Shown here one piece after another: positions 26,884 to 40,878 of a stretch of 64,000 bases of DNA. The DNA is taken from positions 66,092,001 through 66,156,000 of the forward strand of contig OX597831.1 of NCBI GenBank assembly GCA_951406725.2, written 5' to 3'. Positions within the stretch are counted from its first letter, which is position 1, and every line of letters begins with the position of its first letter. Both the position numbers and the translations under genes were made by a program. This DNA comes from Octopus vulgaris (lineage: Eukaryota). The notes below the pieces were generated by a model, which saw only the letters and a program-made list of their open reading frames with translations, had not been told where the DNA came from and did not search any database.

Positions 26884-26992
26884 TATATTTGCCATTTAAA
26901 TATGGCTAACCCCTAAGGGTGGATGCTACTGTAGTTTGTAGCCCCAGTAGCATCCACCCTTAGGGGTTAGCCATATTTAAATGGCAAATATA
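26884..26992. repeat. Perfect 48-bp inverted repeat with a 13-nt loop
   Basis: 26884-26931 is the exact reverse complement of 26945-26992. Confidence 0.97.
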
Positions 26993-27287
26993 CGTCACGA
27001 TGTGTTGTAGTTCCTGTTCATAACTCGCTCTGAGATTTATTATTACTTTCTTTAATATTTACATGAAATATTTCTAGAAAAAAAAATGAACAAAAATAAA
27101 TCTAGTAAAAGAAAAATTCTTGTACTCTTCGAATTTTATTCTATATTTCATAAATATTTGTCATTTTTCTGGTCTTCTGTTTCTAACAATTCGTTTGAAG
27201 TATTGTGTTTAATTCTTTATAGTATTGTTGTTTCAAATAATGAATTGTTTATTTATTAAACATGACATTTTTTCTCTTTCTGCACAG

Positions 27288-27308
27288 GCATCACACAGGA
27301 GAGGCAAG
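27288..27308 (+). CDS. 21-nt microexon 1, (R)HHTGEA(R/S), phase 2-2
   Basis: TTTTTTCTCTTTCTGCACAG|GCATCACACAGGAGAGGCAAG|GTATAA; ~60-nt AG-free zone upstream; TGC next to the acceptor; in frame with exon 4528-4622. Confidence 0.65.
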
Positions 27309-27454
27309 GTATAAGATATTTATGTTTATTTTAACCTTGTATTGTCGTCCTCTCACTCCACATAACATTTTACTGACTAAATATTTTTACCTTTCATTCC
27401 TTCAATTCTGTTGTCCTACATTAACTTAACCATGATTAACATTGTGTGTGTGTG

Positions 27455-27770
27455 TGTTGTTGGCATCCTTTTTGTCTCGGGACACAATGGAGTTGTGCAT
27501 AAAATAGTCTAGTCCGGCTTTTACATTTTCATGTCCTAATACATTTCCTGCTGTGGCTGTGTAGTCCTATCCTGGACAAACACTCCCTCTGGCAGGTGCC
27601 GCAAATGTAGTGAAGACTGTTCCTGGCTGGTTGTAATGTCATAGTTTCTTGTTGACGTCTTTTCTTGTCTTTCCATTTCTCCTCTCTCTCCCTCTATGTC
27701 ACTCCTTTGTGTTCCCCTTTTACGGTACGTCGTTAATCTCCACGGTTGCTGGCAGCTGCTTCCCAGTTGC
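27455..27770 (-). mobile_element. RTE/BovB-like LINE 3' end with C2H2 finger
   Basis: Minus-strand YICGTCQRECLSRIGLHSHSRKC followed by a 3'UTR and (CA)n tail. Confidence 0.75.
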
Positions 27771-28099
27771 TAATATTGTGTGTGTGTGTGCATATATATA
27801 TATATATAGCATACTGTGTGCATATATATATATATATATAGCATACTGGTTGTGAGAAGTTTTTGAATTGATTTGTGTACATATGCATCATCATTGTCAT
27901 CACTGCTGCCATTGCCACCACAGCCGCTGCCAGGGATATGCATACCATTGTTGTCAGCATCGACATTGGTAGCATCAATGTTTGCATGCCTTCATTCACT
28001 ACACAATATAGATCTGTGCATCTGGACGTGTATTTCATCCATAACACCTGCCATTTACAAATTTCCCTTCAACACTTCTTTCCTAATGGAAGTAAGACC

Positions 28100-28642
28100 A
28101 CCCATCTGGAAAAGATTTTCTAACTAGAAAGGGAATGGCCTGGTCAGCCTGTAATGATATGCATAAGATCTGGTCATCAAATCTAAGTAGAGACTTCAAA
28201 CTTAAAATCTTCAAAGCCACAGTCGAACCAATTCTACTATATGGCTCAGAAACCTGGACATTATCAAAGAAGCTTGAGAGGCGGTTGGATGGAACCTACA
28301 CTCGCCTCCTTATGAGAGCTCAAAATCTCTCGTGGAAGCGCCATCCAACCAAAATGCAAGTATATGGGAAACTACCACCTGTGTCATCTCTTCTGAAAGG
28401 TAGAAGAGTCCAGTTTGCTGAACATTGTTGTAGAGCTGAAAACAAGGCAATTTCTACTCTTCTCCTCTGGAAGCCATCTACTCGCAATACCAGAGGGCGC
28501 ACACTCTCCTACCCTGATGTAATCTCCAGAGATACAGGCATCCAGCAACAGGACCTCCGTAATGCCATGATGGACCATGAAGTCTGGCATAGCATGGTAA
28601 ATTCCATTGTCTCGACCACGGTTGAACAATGATGATGATGAT
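28100..28642 (+). mobile_element. 5'-truncated RTE-clade LINE
   Basis: ORF 28135-28632 (VEPILLYGSETWTL...YTRLLMRAQNLSW) ends directly in a (TGA)n tail. Confidence 0.88.
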
Positions 28643-29464
28643 GTGTGAGTTTGTCCAGATGTTTTAAAGGGTGTTCTTCATCTGTATGGTTGAAGTACAG
28701 CTGTGTGCGACCTTGGCTACTTGGGATAAGGAACCCTTGTTCTGTGAGAGACATAGAGTAATTTGTTTAAGGGACATGAGTTTCCCCAAACCTTTACTTC
28801 TAGGTATTCCCCTGGATATCAGTGACTGTAGTTGCACCTTTCAGCACGCTTTGAGAAGGGATGTGCCAGCTGACAAGGTAACTGACAGGGTAACCTCAGA
28901 TTCATGTCCTACCTGGTAGGAGTCCTCTGCAGGCAAATGCTGTCCTCTTGAATTTTCTAAAATAAAAGTATGACACTATGCAAGTCAAGCAGTGTAACAA
29001 GTTATTCTCAAACCAAGGGCCTGATCAGAATGTTTACAACAGGGTTGACTTCATAAAGGTATTCAGTTTTCTGACAGAGATATTCAACTAAGCAACCTTT
29101 TAAGGTAGGAATAGAATTCTATTTCTTTCCTCTAAAAACAAGAAACAAAATATATGTTATCATAGTACAAAGATCAGAAGATTGGTTTTACAGAATTCAG
29201 CATCCCCTCTTGAGTCCTGAGTTGACTAAATATTGAAGTGGGTTGCCTCGCTCCGTTTGCAATTATAGAAACTAAGTATCACCTAGCAGGTTTTTTTACA
29301 TAGTCTATAGATTTTTAAAAAAATATCTAAATGTAGGGATTCTGTGAAAGAGAGCGGGAAGGAGAGAGAGAGAGACAGACAGAGAATAAAGAAGTATAAA
29401 GACAAAATACAAGGTAGAGGAGTATTGGTAAAATTAGGTAAATACATAGAGAGCAAGCAGTGAA

Positions 29465-29495
<31 letters not shown>

Positions 29496-29578
29496 GAGAG
29501 AGAGAGAGAGTGGTTGTATAATGTCAACATAACGTGACAGTCCCGTAGAGGGAATTACACCACCGCTATATAGCCCTA

Positions 29579-29805
29579 GGTGGTGAGCTGGCAGAAGCGT
29601 TAGCACGCCGGGCGAAATGCTTAGCAGTATTTCGTCTGCCGTTACGTTCTGAGTTCAAATTCCGCCAAGGTTGACTTTACCGTTCATCTTTTCGGGGTCG
29701 ATAAATTAAGTACTAGTTACGCACTGGGGTCGATGTAATCGACTTAATACCTATATCTGTGCTTGTTTGTCCCCTCTGTATTTAGCCTCTTGTGGGTAGT
29801 AAAGA

Positions 29806-29809
<4 letters not shown>
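29579..29809 (+). mobile_element. SINE family C, tandemly duplicated copy
   Basis: Near-identical to 29936-30164 with the same upstream host sequence, but lacks the 3' TSD. Confidence 0.9.
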
Positions 29810-29850
<41 letters not shown>

Positions 29851-29935
29851 GAGAGAGAGCGAAAGTGGTTGCATAATGTCAACATAACGTGACAGTCCCG
29901 TAGAGGGAATTACACCACCGCTATATAGCCCTAGG

Positions 29936-30164
29936 CGGTGAGCTGGCAGAAGCGTTAGCACGCCAGGCGAAATGCTTAGCAGTATTTCGTCTGCCGTTAT
30001 GTTCTGTGTTCAAATTCCGCCGAGGTCGACTTTACCTTTCATCTTTTCGGGGTCGATAAATTAAGTACTAGTTACGCACTGGGGTCGATGTAATCGACTT
30101 AATACCTATATCTGTGCTTGTTTGTCCCCTCTGTATTTAGCCCCTTGTGGATAATAAAGAAATA
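29936..30164 (+). mobile_element. SINE family C inserted in the hammerhead element
   Basis: 16-bp TSD GCTATATAGCCCTAGG (29920-29935, 30165-30180); the empty site is visible at ~30518-30533. Confidence 0.92.
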
Positions 30165-30263
30165 GCTATATAGCCCTAGGAAGCATTGACGCTTCCTGTC
30201 GGCTTTGACACATTTCCTGTGTCCTTATATTCGTAAAGGGAGGCAAGCACCCCCACCAGCTAG

Positions 30264-30337
30264 AACTAGCAACCTGAAGACATGCATGTTTCTGGGTCTT
30301 GCCTGTCATCAGTCCAGGGTAGCAAGTCCTGCTAGTT
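30264..30337 (-). ncRNA. Type I hammerhead ribozyme, stem II partly decayed
   Basis: Minus strand: AACTAGCA-GGACTTGCTAC-CCTGGA-CTGATGA-CAGG-CAAGA-CCCA-GAAAC-ATGCAT-GTC^-TTCAGG-T-TGCTAGTT. Intact core, 6+8-bp stem I, palindromic stem III ACATGCATGT. Confidence 0.8.
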
Positions 30338-30580
30338 GAGATACCTGCCTAGCCTTCGCAAATATATATATTTACTGTGAAATCTATTCACTGGTCACCA
30401 TAATTAGAAATATTGAATTTCTAAATGTCTCAAAGAGACATGAGCGGTGGTGGAGTGATAGAGTGGTTGCTTAATGTCAACATAACGTGACAGTCCTGTA
30501 AAGGGAATAACACCACTCCTATATAGCCTTAGGAAGCATCGACGCTTCCTGTCGGCTTTGACACATTTCCTGTGTCCTTA

Positions 30581-30645
<65 letters not shown>

Positions 30646-31430
30646 GTGAGGTCTGATCAATAAGTATCCAGACTGTTGCCATAGTAACGAATCTAAAGCA
30701 TGCAGAGTAAAGCCATGTGGCAAGGTTGACCTTGACCTCTGCTGTGCATGTGCACTAAGTTTTAACATTCTAACTCATTTCCACTGTTTACAGCAGTGCT
30801 TGGAAGGAAGGTGTGTAGTGTGTGATCATCGCATTGATAATGACAGAGAAAGGGGTCATGGTGATACCTGCTCAGAGGCCAGCACAAAGTTACAGAAAGT
30901 GTATGAGCCACACACAAGTGTACAAGTGGTTCAGACGTTTCCAAGATGGCTGAAAAATGTTGATAGTGACGAACGTTCTTGGAGACCTGCAACCAGCTGA
31001 ACTGAAAAAAACATTGCAGATATGTGTGCAGCTGCGAGGGAAATCATTGAATCACCATCCATGAGTTATCAGAGGAAGTACAGCTTAGTTATGGTTCAGT
31101 TCAGTCCATTATCACTGAAGATTTAGGTATGAGGCAGGTGTCTGCCAAGTTTGTGCCAAAACTGCTTTCAGCTGACCAAAAGAACACTCAGGTTTCTGTT
31201 GCACAAAATCTCCTTGATTGTGTCAAGAATGATGAAAAATTTGTGCAAACTTTGCATTGGCCTCTGAGCAGGTATTACCACGCTTTTGGTAAAATTTGAT
31301 GAGATTCTCTGCTCAACTTTCTCTGTCATGGTCAGTGCAATGAACCCATGCTACACACGTCCCTTCCAAGCATTGCTGTAAACAGCAGGAGTGAGCTAGA
31401 ATGTTAAAACTTAGTGCACATATACAGCAG
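30646..31430 (+). mobile_element. Non-autonomous mariner derivative (fold-back type), right end truncated
   Basis: TIR GAGGTCTGATCAATAAGTATCC; transposase N-terminal remnant VYKWFRRFQDG..DERSWRP..VQSIITEDLGMRQVSAKFVPKLLS, followed by an inverted copy of the 5' region. Confidence 0.85.
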
Positions 31431-31440
31431 TTTGTTTCTC

Positions 31441-31472
<32 letters not shown>

Positions 31473-31698
31473 GTTGTTGTTATTAAAATGGCAAGATGGC
31501 AGGATTGTTAGCATATCAGGCAAACTGCTTGGCGGCATTTCATCCATTCTCATGTTCTGAGTTCAAATTCTGCCAAGTTCCAAATTTGCCTTTAATCCAT
31601 TCAGGGTCAATAAAACAAGTACCAGTTGAGCATGGGTCAATTTAAACAACTTGCCCGCTGCTCTGAAATTGCTGGCCTTGTGCCGAAATTTGAAACCA

Positions 31699-31750
<52 letters not shown>

Positions 31751-31920
31751 CACACTATTATTTAACTAGTTAACTAATTGACTAGTAGATTGCTTGATTA
31801 ATCAATGAATGAAATAAAGCACCCTTCATGACCTCATCAATGACACGCTCTCATTACTCCAAATCTGTCTTATTGTCTCCCAGCTTTTATTATTCTATTT
31901 ATATTTTTAGAGATGCGGAC

Positions 31921-31962
<42 letters not shown>

Positions 31963-33541
31963 GAGTGAGTGATGAGTGAGTGCATCTGTGCATGCATGCA
32001 TATATGACAGAATGTTTGGTACATGTGGGGTGTATGTGTATTTGTTTATACCCTCTCCTCTCTTTCTGACGTCTCTTCTACAAACATACCAAGCTACCAG
32101 CAACTAGAATAAAAGCATTCAGCCTGTGCATACCATAGAAGATAAATTCTTGATTTATTGAAGCTATCTCTGCTTCCAGAGAATGAAAGCAGTCAACTGG
32201 TGACATAGGAGGAGAGATAATCTCAAGAATCAAGAATTCTCCAAATTCAGAATGCCATCAAAGAAAAGAATTGTTTGGAGTCAAACAAACAGCGGTGGAC
32301 ATGTGTTTCTGCTTCAGTAGACATCACTAGCACAGCAGTTGTCCTACCTTGTCTCCATCAAACAAGATATTTAGACACACAAAAAAGAGTAGAGCAGATT
32401 TATAGCCTTGGTAATCTGCATAGTATAAAATAATATGAGCTAAGAGAAATATTATGTAACAAGCAGTGGTTATATATTTGAACAACAAGAATGAATAAAG
32501 ATGTGTGTGTGCGTGCATGTGCACACATGTGCGCCCATCTGCGTGTGAATGTGATCATCATTTTTAACATCTTTCCTTTCCAGACAAGAGCTGAATGTTT
32601 TGACAAGATCCAAAAGATTAGAGGACCACATCTTGCTCAAATGTCTTAATTTTAAGTGTGGTTTCTATGACTGGATGCCCTTTATAATACTGAACACTTG
32701 ACAAAGTGTACTGGAATTTCATGGCACCAGCACTTGAGAAATTGTCATGGCCCTTGGCAGACTGAAGAGCCCTCTCAACACTGCAGTGTCCCTTCTCATT
32801 TTGTCAACCCCTATACAGAGAGAAGTGGGTGCTTATTGCATGGCATCAGTGCAAGTGAGTTCAGCTTGTAACCTGAAAGACTAAAGATCCCCCACTACTG
32901 AAAGGGAGGATTGTAGAGAGAGATGACTCTAAGCAATATTGTTTTTCTCATACACTAAGACGGTGAGCTAGCAAAATCGTTGGCATGCTGAGCAAAATGC
33001 TTCACATTTTGAGTTCAAATGCTGCTGAGGTTGACGTTGCTTTTCATCCTTTCACAGTGCCAGTTGAGCACTGGAGTCGATGTAAGCAACTTATGCCCTC
33101 TTCTCAATATTGTTGGTCTTGTGCCAAAATTTGAAACCAATATTTTTTCATATAAATTAAAGAATGAATGGAAGGAACAGATTTATTGTTGTGAGAAGGT
33201 AGTTGTGGGGATGGTAATAGGGGAAACATTGCAAAGTGAGTAATGGAAGGGGCCAGGGGAAAAGGGAAAAGAAAAAGTAGTATGAGAGAGAGGAGGGGTA
33301 AGGATGATGGTGTGGATTAAATAAAAGGGACCAAGGACTTACCGGTGATATAAAGACAAAGATGGACTGGTGGGGTGAGTAGAGAGTTGTGTGGAAGACA
33401 GATAGAAATAAAGGTGGTGATGAGTTGGAGAAGTTATGGAGAGTGAGAGTCAGAGGGGAGGGAATAAGAGAAGGTTGATGAGAGAGTCAGAGGGAAGGCT
33501 GTTGTCTTGCACACCATCTCATCATCAAGTGTGAAGTTATC

Positions 33542-33841
33542 TTGTTTGTTCCTTCTCGAGCCATGCCTGGCTCATAAGGGCCAGTTTTCCCGGTTTCCTT
33601 GGTGTATAGGTTCCTCACCTGGACAGGACACCGGTCCATCGCAGGTGAGCTGCAAGAAGCAGGAGGAAAGAGTGAGAGAAAGTTGTGGCGAAAGAGTCAG
33701 CAGAGGTTTTGCCATTGCCTTCTGCCGGAGCCACATGGAGCTTAGGTGTTTTCGCTCATAAACACACACATCGCCCGGTCTGAGATTCGAACCTGCGATC
33801 CCTCAACTGCAAGTCCACTGCTCTAACCACTAGGCCATGTG
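33542..33841 (-). mobile_element. tRNA-derived SINE family A
   Basis: High similarity to 24901-25198, 54307-54614 and 61136-61437. Confidence 0.9.
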
Positions 33842-33959
33842 GGAATAGGGTGAAAGAAAGAGAGGTGGCAATGAATGAATACTGCAAGAATTGTGAGGAA
33901 AAGAGAGGCAGTATAATATTAGAGAAGTGGAGATGGTAGTAGTGGATGATTGAAATCAG

Positions 33960-34720
33960 AGCATCTCAGCCATCATCACAACCCATCAAAGCATTCTCTC
34001 TGCCATGCTTGCACAGGTGTGTGGATTTTTTCCACTGATTGTCACATTCCCTTTTGTAAGGTTCAGCATCTTAGGATTGGTTTTCATCATTTGTCTCTTT
34101 TTTTCTTAGGTCTTCCTCTTCCACAGGTACCATACTCTTTGAATGTTTCGCATGTGTTTGTGCAGCCATCATCATTAATCCAATGCACTCATTTTTCTTT
34201 GCATACTTATCTGATTCCTCTTGTACACATCTTTTCTCAATGGTCACATATATTCCATCATTTATGCACATTAAAATTAACACATCTGGTGAAGAGGCTT
34301 GCTTCATTTTTTTTGTTCTTTGCAAATCCTTACATTCATGGCTCATGTCTCGCTACCTTCTAACATTGCACTTTGTAGACAAGCAGCATACCCTGTGCCT
34401 TCACTCTGAGGAAGAGGCCCTTTATAGTCAGCTTTCTATACTTCTCCTGACTCATTCTTTCTCTAGCATCTATGCTTTCAGAGCACCTACCCACTCTCTC
34501 CACTAACTGGGCCACCTAAATAACAAAAACTATCAACTACTTTGAGGAAGCAGTTGCAAAAACCGATTTTCTGAGTGCTCTTTGCGTTTACCGCTCCTTA
34601 GCACTGGCCAAATATGAAAGCTATCTTTGCTTTGCTGTTCGCCTGTCAGTGTATCCTTTGCCCCTTTTGTGCTCTTCTACAAAAATGGCACATCTACTCC
34701 CTGAATGGTAGCAGGGTCCT
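33960..34720 (-). mobile_element. Degenerate RTE-like LINE 3' fragment
   Basis: Minus-strand remnants near the GRGRPKK motif and an RTE-type 3' tail; heavily mutated. Confidence 0.5.
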
Positions 34721-34839
34721 GTCTTCTTTTCTACTTAGCATAACTTTAATCTTGGCTAAATTTATTATAATAACTATCATTTTTATCATTATTATCTTCT
34801 TTCTTTTCTTGAGTTATTTATGTCATGTCTCAGCTCCTA

Positions 34840-36270
34840 CCCACAGCTTAAAGACACAACACTTTTCTCAGCACATCTGCTGTTCTGAGTATTGCTGCCA
34901 ACTGTGTACTTCCTATGAAGTTTGGTATTTCAGGGGGGCTCTTTTTGAGATAGTCTTAGGTGTACCAAACACAGTAGATATCACATTCACTTTCAAGGCC
35001 TTATAGATTTGTTTCACTTCCAATGCTAGGTTTTGACACTTCCCAACTCTCTGTCTTCACAATATTATGGCCTGCAATTATAACTATGTTAATGAAAGTC
35101 CAATCTTTGGACTTCTTCCATCGGAGAGTGATATCTGGTCGGTTATATTGCAGCTTCTTACCTGTGTATATTGGCATATCCCACGTAGGCTTCCTCAGAT
35201 TATTCTCTGCTACTAGCATAAGCTGATACTTTTACCACTTGTTGAGATATTCTATCCCATATTCCTACCCAAGTCCTAAAGTATTTGCTATGCCACTTTG
35301 TCATGGTGTTTTTGTATTCCTTTTGGGCCAGTTTTGAGTATCTACTAATTAGATGTCTAAGATTTTTCACATTATCTACACAATGGTGTCTCTGCTGTCT
35401 TATCAATGCTGTACTTGATTGAGTTGGTTCGTAAAGCTTGTTCTTGAGCAGCAAGGATCGTAGAGGCGCAATGGCCCAATGGTTAGGGCAGCAGACTCAC
35501 AATCGGAGGATCGCAGTTTCGATTCCCAGACCGGGCGTTGTGTGTGTTTATTGAGCAAAAACACCTAAAGCTCCACGAGGCTCCGGCAAAGGGTGGTGGT
35601 GACCCCTGTTCTACTCTTTCGCTCCAACTTTCTCTCACTCTTTCTTCCTGTTTCTTGTCCCCGACTTCCTACACTGAGCCTGGATGCGCATTCATCCATC
35701 CGTCCATGCTCTCGGTGTTGGGAGTTGACCTGCTTTCTCTTCTGTGGGTCTTACGAATAGCAAAGGACCACATTTCGGACTTCTCCCATCTTGCGAGCTC
35801 TGGGACGAAGACCGTTCACTCAACAGCAGCAAGGATCAATCCTTCTGTCTCCTTCTTTAAAGATCCATGTCTTAATGCCCTCCAACATTCTTCATCAGCT
35901 TCATCTAATGTTTGTTGGAAAAACTCTCCATGTAGGACCTTCTGTTTCCAGTTGATGATGTTTTCTTCATTGGTCCTCATTTTCTACTCTTGGAGAATCT
36001 CATTCTCATCATTACTGATCACCTTCTCAATCATTGCAGCCTGCAACATTCTTTCATCACTATCTCTATCACAGCCATGCATGGACTTGATCTCCTTCAT
36101 AACATTATCCTCTGTTTCAGCCAATCCTCTCCCACCTTCCTTCCTTGGTGGGTAAAGCCTTGCTATGTTACTTCTAGCATGAAGGCATCCATGCATGGCC
36201 ATTTTCTTCCTTGTTTTTCTGTCCATGCCGACCAATTTTTCCATTGTTCATCCCACGACTCACACACAGC
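34840..36270 (-). mobile_element. R4/Dong-like (REL endonuclease) LINE 3' fragment
   Basis: MDRKTRKKMAMHGCLHARSNIARLYPPRKEGGRGL and WDMPIYTGKKLQYNRPDI (PD-type endonuclease) remnants; split by a SINE. Confidence 0.8.
35460..35824 (+). mobile_element. SINE with family-A head/core and a second type of 3' tail
   Basis: tRNA-like head; 13-bp TSD AGCAGCAAGGATC (35447-35459, 35825-35837). Confidence 0.9.
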
Positions 36271-36298
36271 ATTATTATTATTGCCACCACCACCATCG

Positions 36299-36338
<40 letters not shown>

Positions 36339-36687
36339 TCTTCTTCTTCTTGTTACTGATATTATATGTTTTGTGTGAAGAATGGCCCTAAAGACCATCT
36401 TTCCTTTTTTCATTCCCTTTTTATTCATACTCTTCTCTAATGCTCTTGTGCCCTCTCTATTCTCTTGCATCGGCCTTACCGTTCTTATTTGCATACTGGC
36501 ATATACAAAGGCCTCTGTCTACTTTTCTGTTTTATTTTTGTTGTGCAATGCTGATGATTGGGACCGGTGGCATTTGTTCCTGTAACTGGGCTTTATGCTT
36601 ATATAATTGGTACCTACCAATCTCACAAAATACAGGTACTTTATATAAAGCATCAACACCAACTATTTTCTGTATTCTCTCTCTCTC

Positions 36688-36769
<82 letters not shown>

Positions 36770-37247
36770 ATCATTATGTCTTTTTTACCAAAATCCTGTT
36801 GCATGGCATTCTAGATGTAAGTTCTGAGCTGAGGCCAATTACAAAGAACCATGTACATTCGTGTATCAAATTCTTTGCTGACTGCTTTGGCTGACTTTTT
36901 GAATCTAGTTCTTGTCTTTTTACTTGCATTCTAGATCAAAGAAACTTAATAGCTTCGTATGATTCTTTCTAACAAGATAGAATTTTGATTGATTCTTCAT
37001 ATTTTTTCTCCAATTTTCCATATTTCTCTTCTCATGAGAAGTTATGTTAGGTTTGGTCTTGGTTCTCTCACCATTGCCATTTTTCCATTGATGTAAGGCA
37101 ATGCTATATGTCCACCCTTGTAATCATTTTTAAGCATGTTTTCATCATTTGAATATGTTACTCTGCTAGTCCATTTCATTGTGGCTATCTTGGATTATGA
37201 ATGTTCTGTTTGACTTGCCTCTGATACATAAAATTCTTCAATTGATA

Positions 37248-37660
37248 CATCATCATCATCATCATCGTTTAACGTCCACTTTCCATGCTAGCATGGCTTG
37301 GACGGTTCAACTGGGGTCTGGGAAGCCAGGATGCTGCACCATGCTCCAGTCTGATCTGGCAGTGTTTCTACAGTTGGATGCCCTTCCTAACGCCAACCAC
37401 TCCGTGAGTGTAGTGGGTGCTTTTTACGTGCCAAGCGAGGCTGGCAACGGCCACGATCAGTCGGTGCTTTATACGTGCCACTGGCACAGGTGCCAGACAA
37501 GGCTTGCAATGGCCACGATCAGTTGGTGCTTTTTACATGCCACCGGCATGGAGGCCAGTCGGGGCGGCACTGGCAACGGCCACATTCGGATGGTTTTCTT
37601 ACATGCCACCGGCATTGGTATCACAACTACAATTTCCATTGATTTTGATCAATTTCGATT
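37248..37660 (-). mobile_element. SINE family D, long form with internal tandem subrepeats
   Basis: (CAT)n tail, family D core, repeated GGTGCTTTT.AC.TGCCA..GGCA units. Confidence 0.85.
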
Positions 37661-38077
37661 TCGATTTCAATACAAATTGTAACAAATTACAGCTCCTGAA
37701 GTTCAGCTTGTTTCTTACTAATTCTTTTTGTATTCTTCATCATTATCAACAATGCCGTTAGTGTCCGTATTCATATGAAGCTAAAATATTACCTCTCATT
37801 TTTCTCTATTTGCATGACCATAAACAATAAGTTATGTTTCTTAGAAGTGATCATTGACATCTCTTTTCTGAAAACACAGTTGCAAATCATATTAGTAATG
37901 CACTTATGCTTCTCAATTCAGCCATCTTTGTTGTGGTTAATTATTTCATTGTTCTGTCAGTTTGTAACACAGTATGAATTTCTTCCTGTTTAGCAAATAT
38001 GTTATTTATGCATGCACACACACATACATACACATGCACACACATATATAAATATATAAATACATATACATATATAT

Positions 38078-38255
38078 CATCATCACCATCATCGCTTAAC
38101 GTCCATTTTCCACGCTAGCACGGGTTGGACGGATCGACTGGGGTCTGGGAAGCCAGGGGCTGCACCGGGCTCCAGTCGGATCTGGCAGAGTTTTTACAGC
38201 TGGATGCCCTTCCTAACGCCAACCACTCCGCGAGTGTAGTGGGTGCTTTTTACGT
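38078..38255 (-). mobile_element. SINE family D fragment
   Basis: Family D core; inverted relative to 39087-39244. Confidence 0.85.
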
Positions 38256-38273
38256 GGATTCTCTCTCTTATTT

Positions 38274-39856
<1,583 letters not shown>

Positions 39857-40111
39857 TGCTACTTCTTAGTAAAAATATGCATTTGTATAGCAGGGAAAAG
39901 ATGGTTCATAGTGTTTCCAGCTAAGAAATAGCCTCAGTGAGGTTTGGATTTTTGGAGCAATCATAAAACAATTCAGACATAGTTGTGTCAGCTACATCAT
40001 TGTTATAGAGTGTGTGTGTGTGTGTAGAAAGACTGTTTTCTAATCCTGCTTTGTTAACACCATAAATCTTTTTAATTCCTTGGTAGGTAGGTCCGAATAT
40101 ATTTCAACAAT

Positions 40112-40335
40112 CCTTTTAATACCAACGCACCTGAGACCATCCCTCTTCTATGATATAAACTTCCCGTTTAAAGTGGTCCAAATTAAAACCTTCCATTAAA
40201 ACTTTTTATGCTAAAATGTGCTCCAAACACCATCTTAATTAATAACAGAATTATTTTATTGAATTCTTCATTATCTTCCCAATTAATTGAAACAAAGGTA
40301 GTGATTCTCATAGAAATATGGTAACAAATGGGTTC
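40112..40335. mobile_element. Diverged single copy of the 221-bp piggyBac-like MITE
   Basis: Colinear similarity to the 23182 unit (CCTTT.ATACCAAC...AATTGAAA..AA...GGTAACAAATGGGTT). Confidence 0.6.
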
Positions 40336-40878
40336 AGCAAGAATTCTTTAGACAACAGTCTTGGACAACCAACAAAATTTATGGACATTGCCCCCTTTTC
40401 TGGTGGTCAGCATACAGGAGCAAACAGTCTTAAACTCTGTTATTAGCAGGAAAAATAAAATTATAAACTGAATGGAAATGTGAACCAAACCATGAGGACC
40501 TAATTTACACCTGAACTCATTGGCTCTGTCAGTATCTCTTTATTATAATTGCTCCATGCACAAATCTATTCTGGCAGAATATTGAAAAAAAAAAAAATCA
40601 CTAACTTTTTTCCTGACTTGACAGTAGTTTCTTCTGTATATTTGCGAACGAAAAAGAAAACTATGTAGGTCTCGAGATTCTAAATGAAACCCTGTAGAGA
40701 CAATCCTGACACATGCTGACAGCTCTGACATTATTTATTATCAATAAATAATTTCTGCATTAACTCTAAGAAATAGGATTATACATGAATAGTGAATAAT
40801 GTATAGGTTAATGTGAAGTAAAATGTAGCACGGAAAAAAACAACAGGATATGTAATATTTAAATAATATATGAATATA

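Larger units (their letters stand above)
29864..30583 (-). mobile_element. Hammerhead-bearing ~353-bp non-coding retroelement (retrozyme or Penelope pLTR-like) with ~120-bp terminal redundancy, interrupted by a SINE
   Basis: Direct repeats start at 29864 and 30462 (598 bp apart; 353 bp after removing the 245-bp SINE+TSD); bounded by (GA)n/(TA)n; contains the hammerhead at 30264-30337. Confidence 0.65.
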
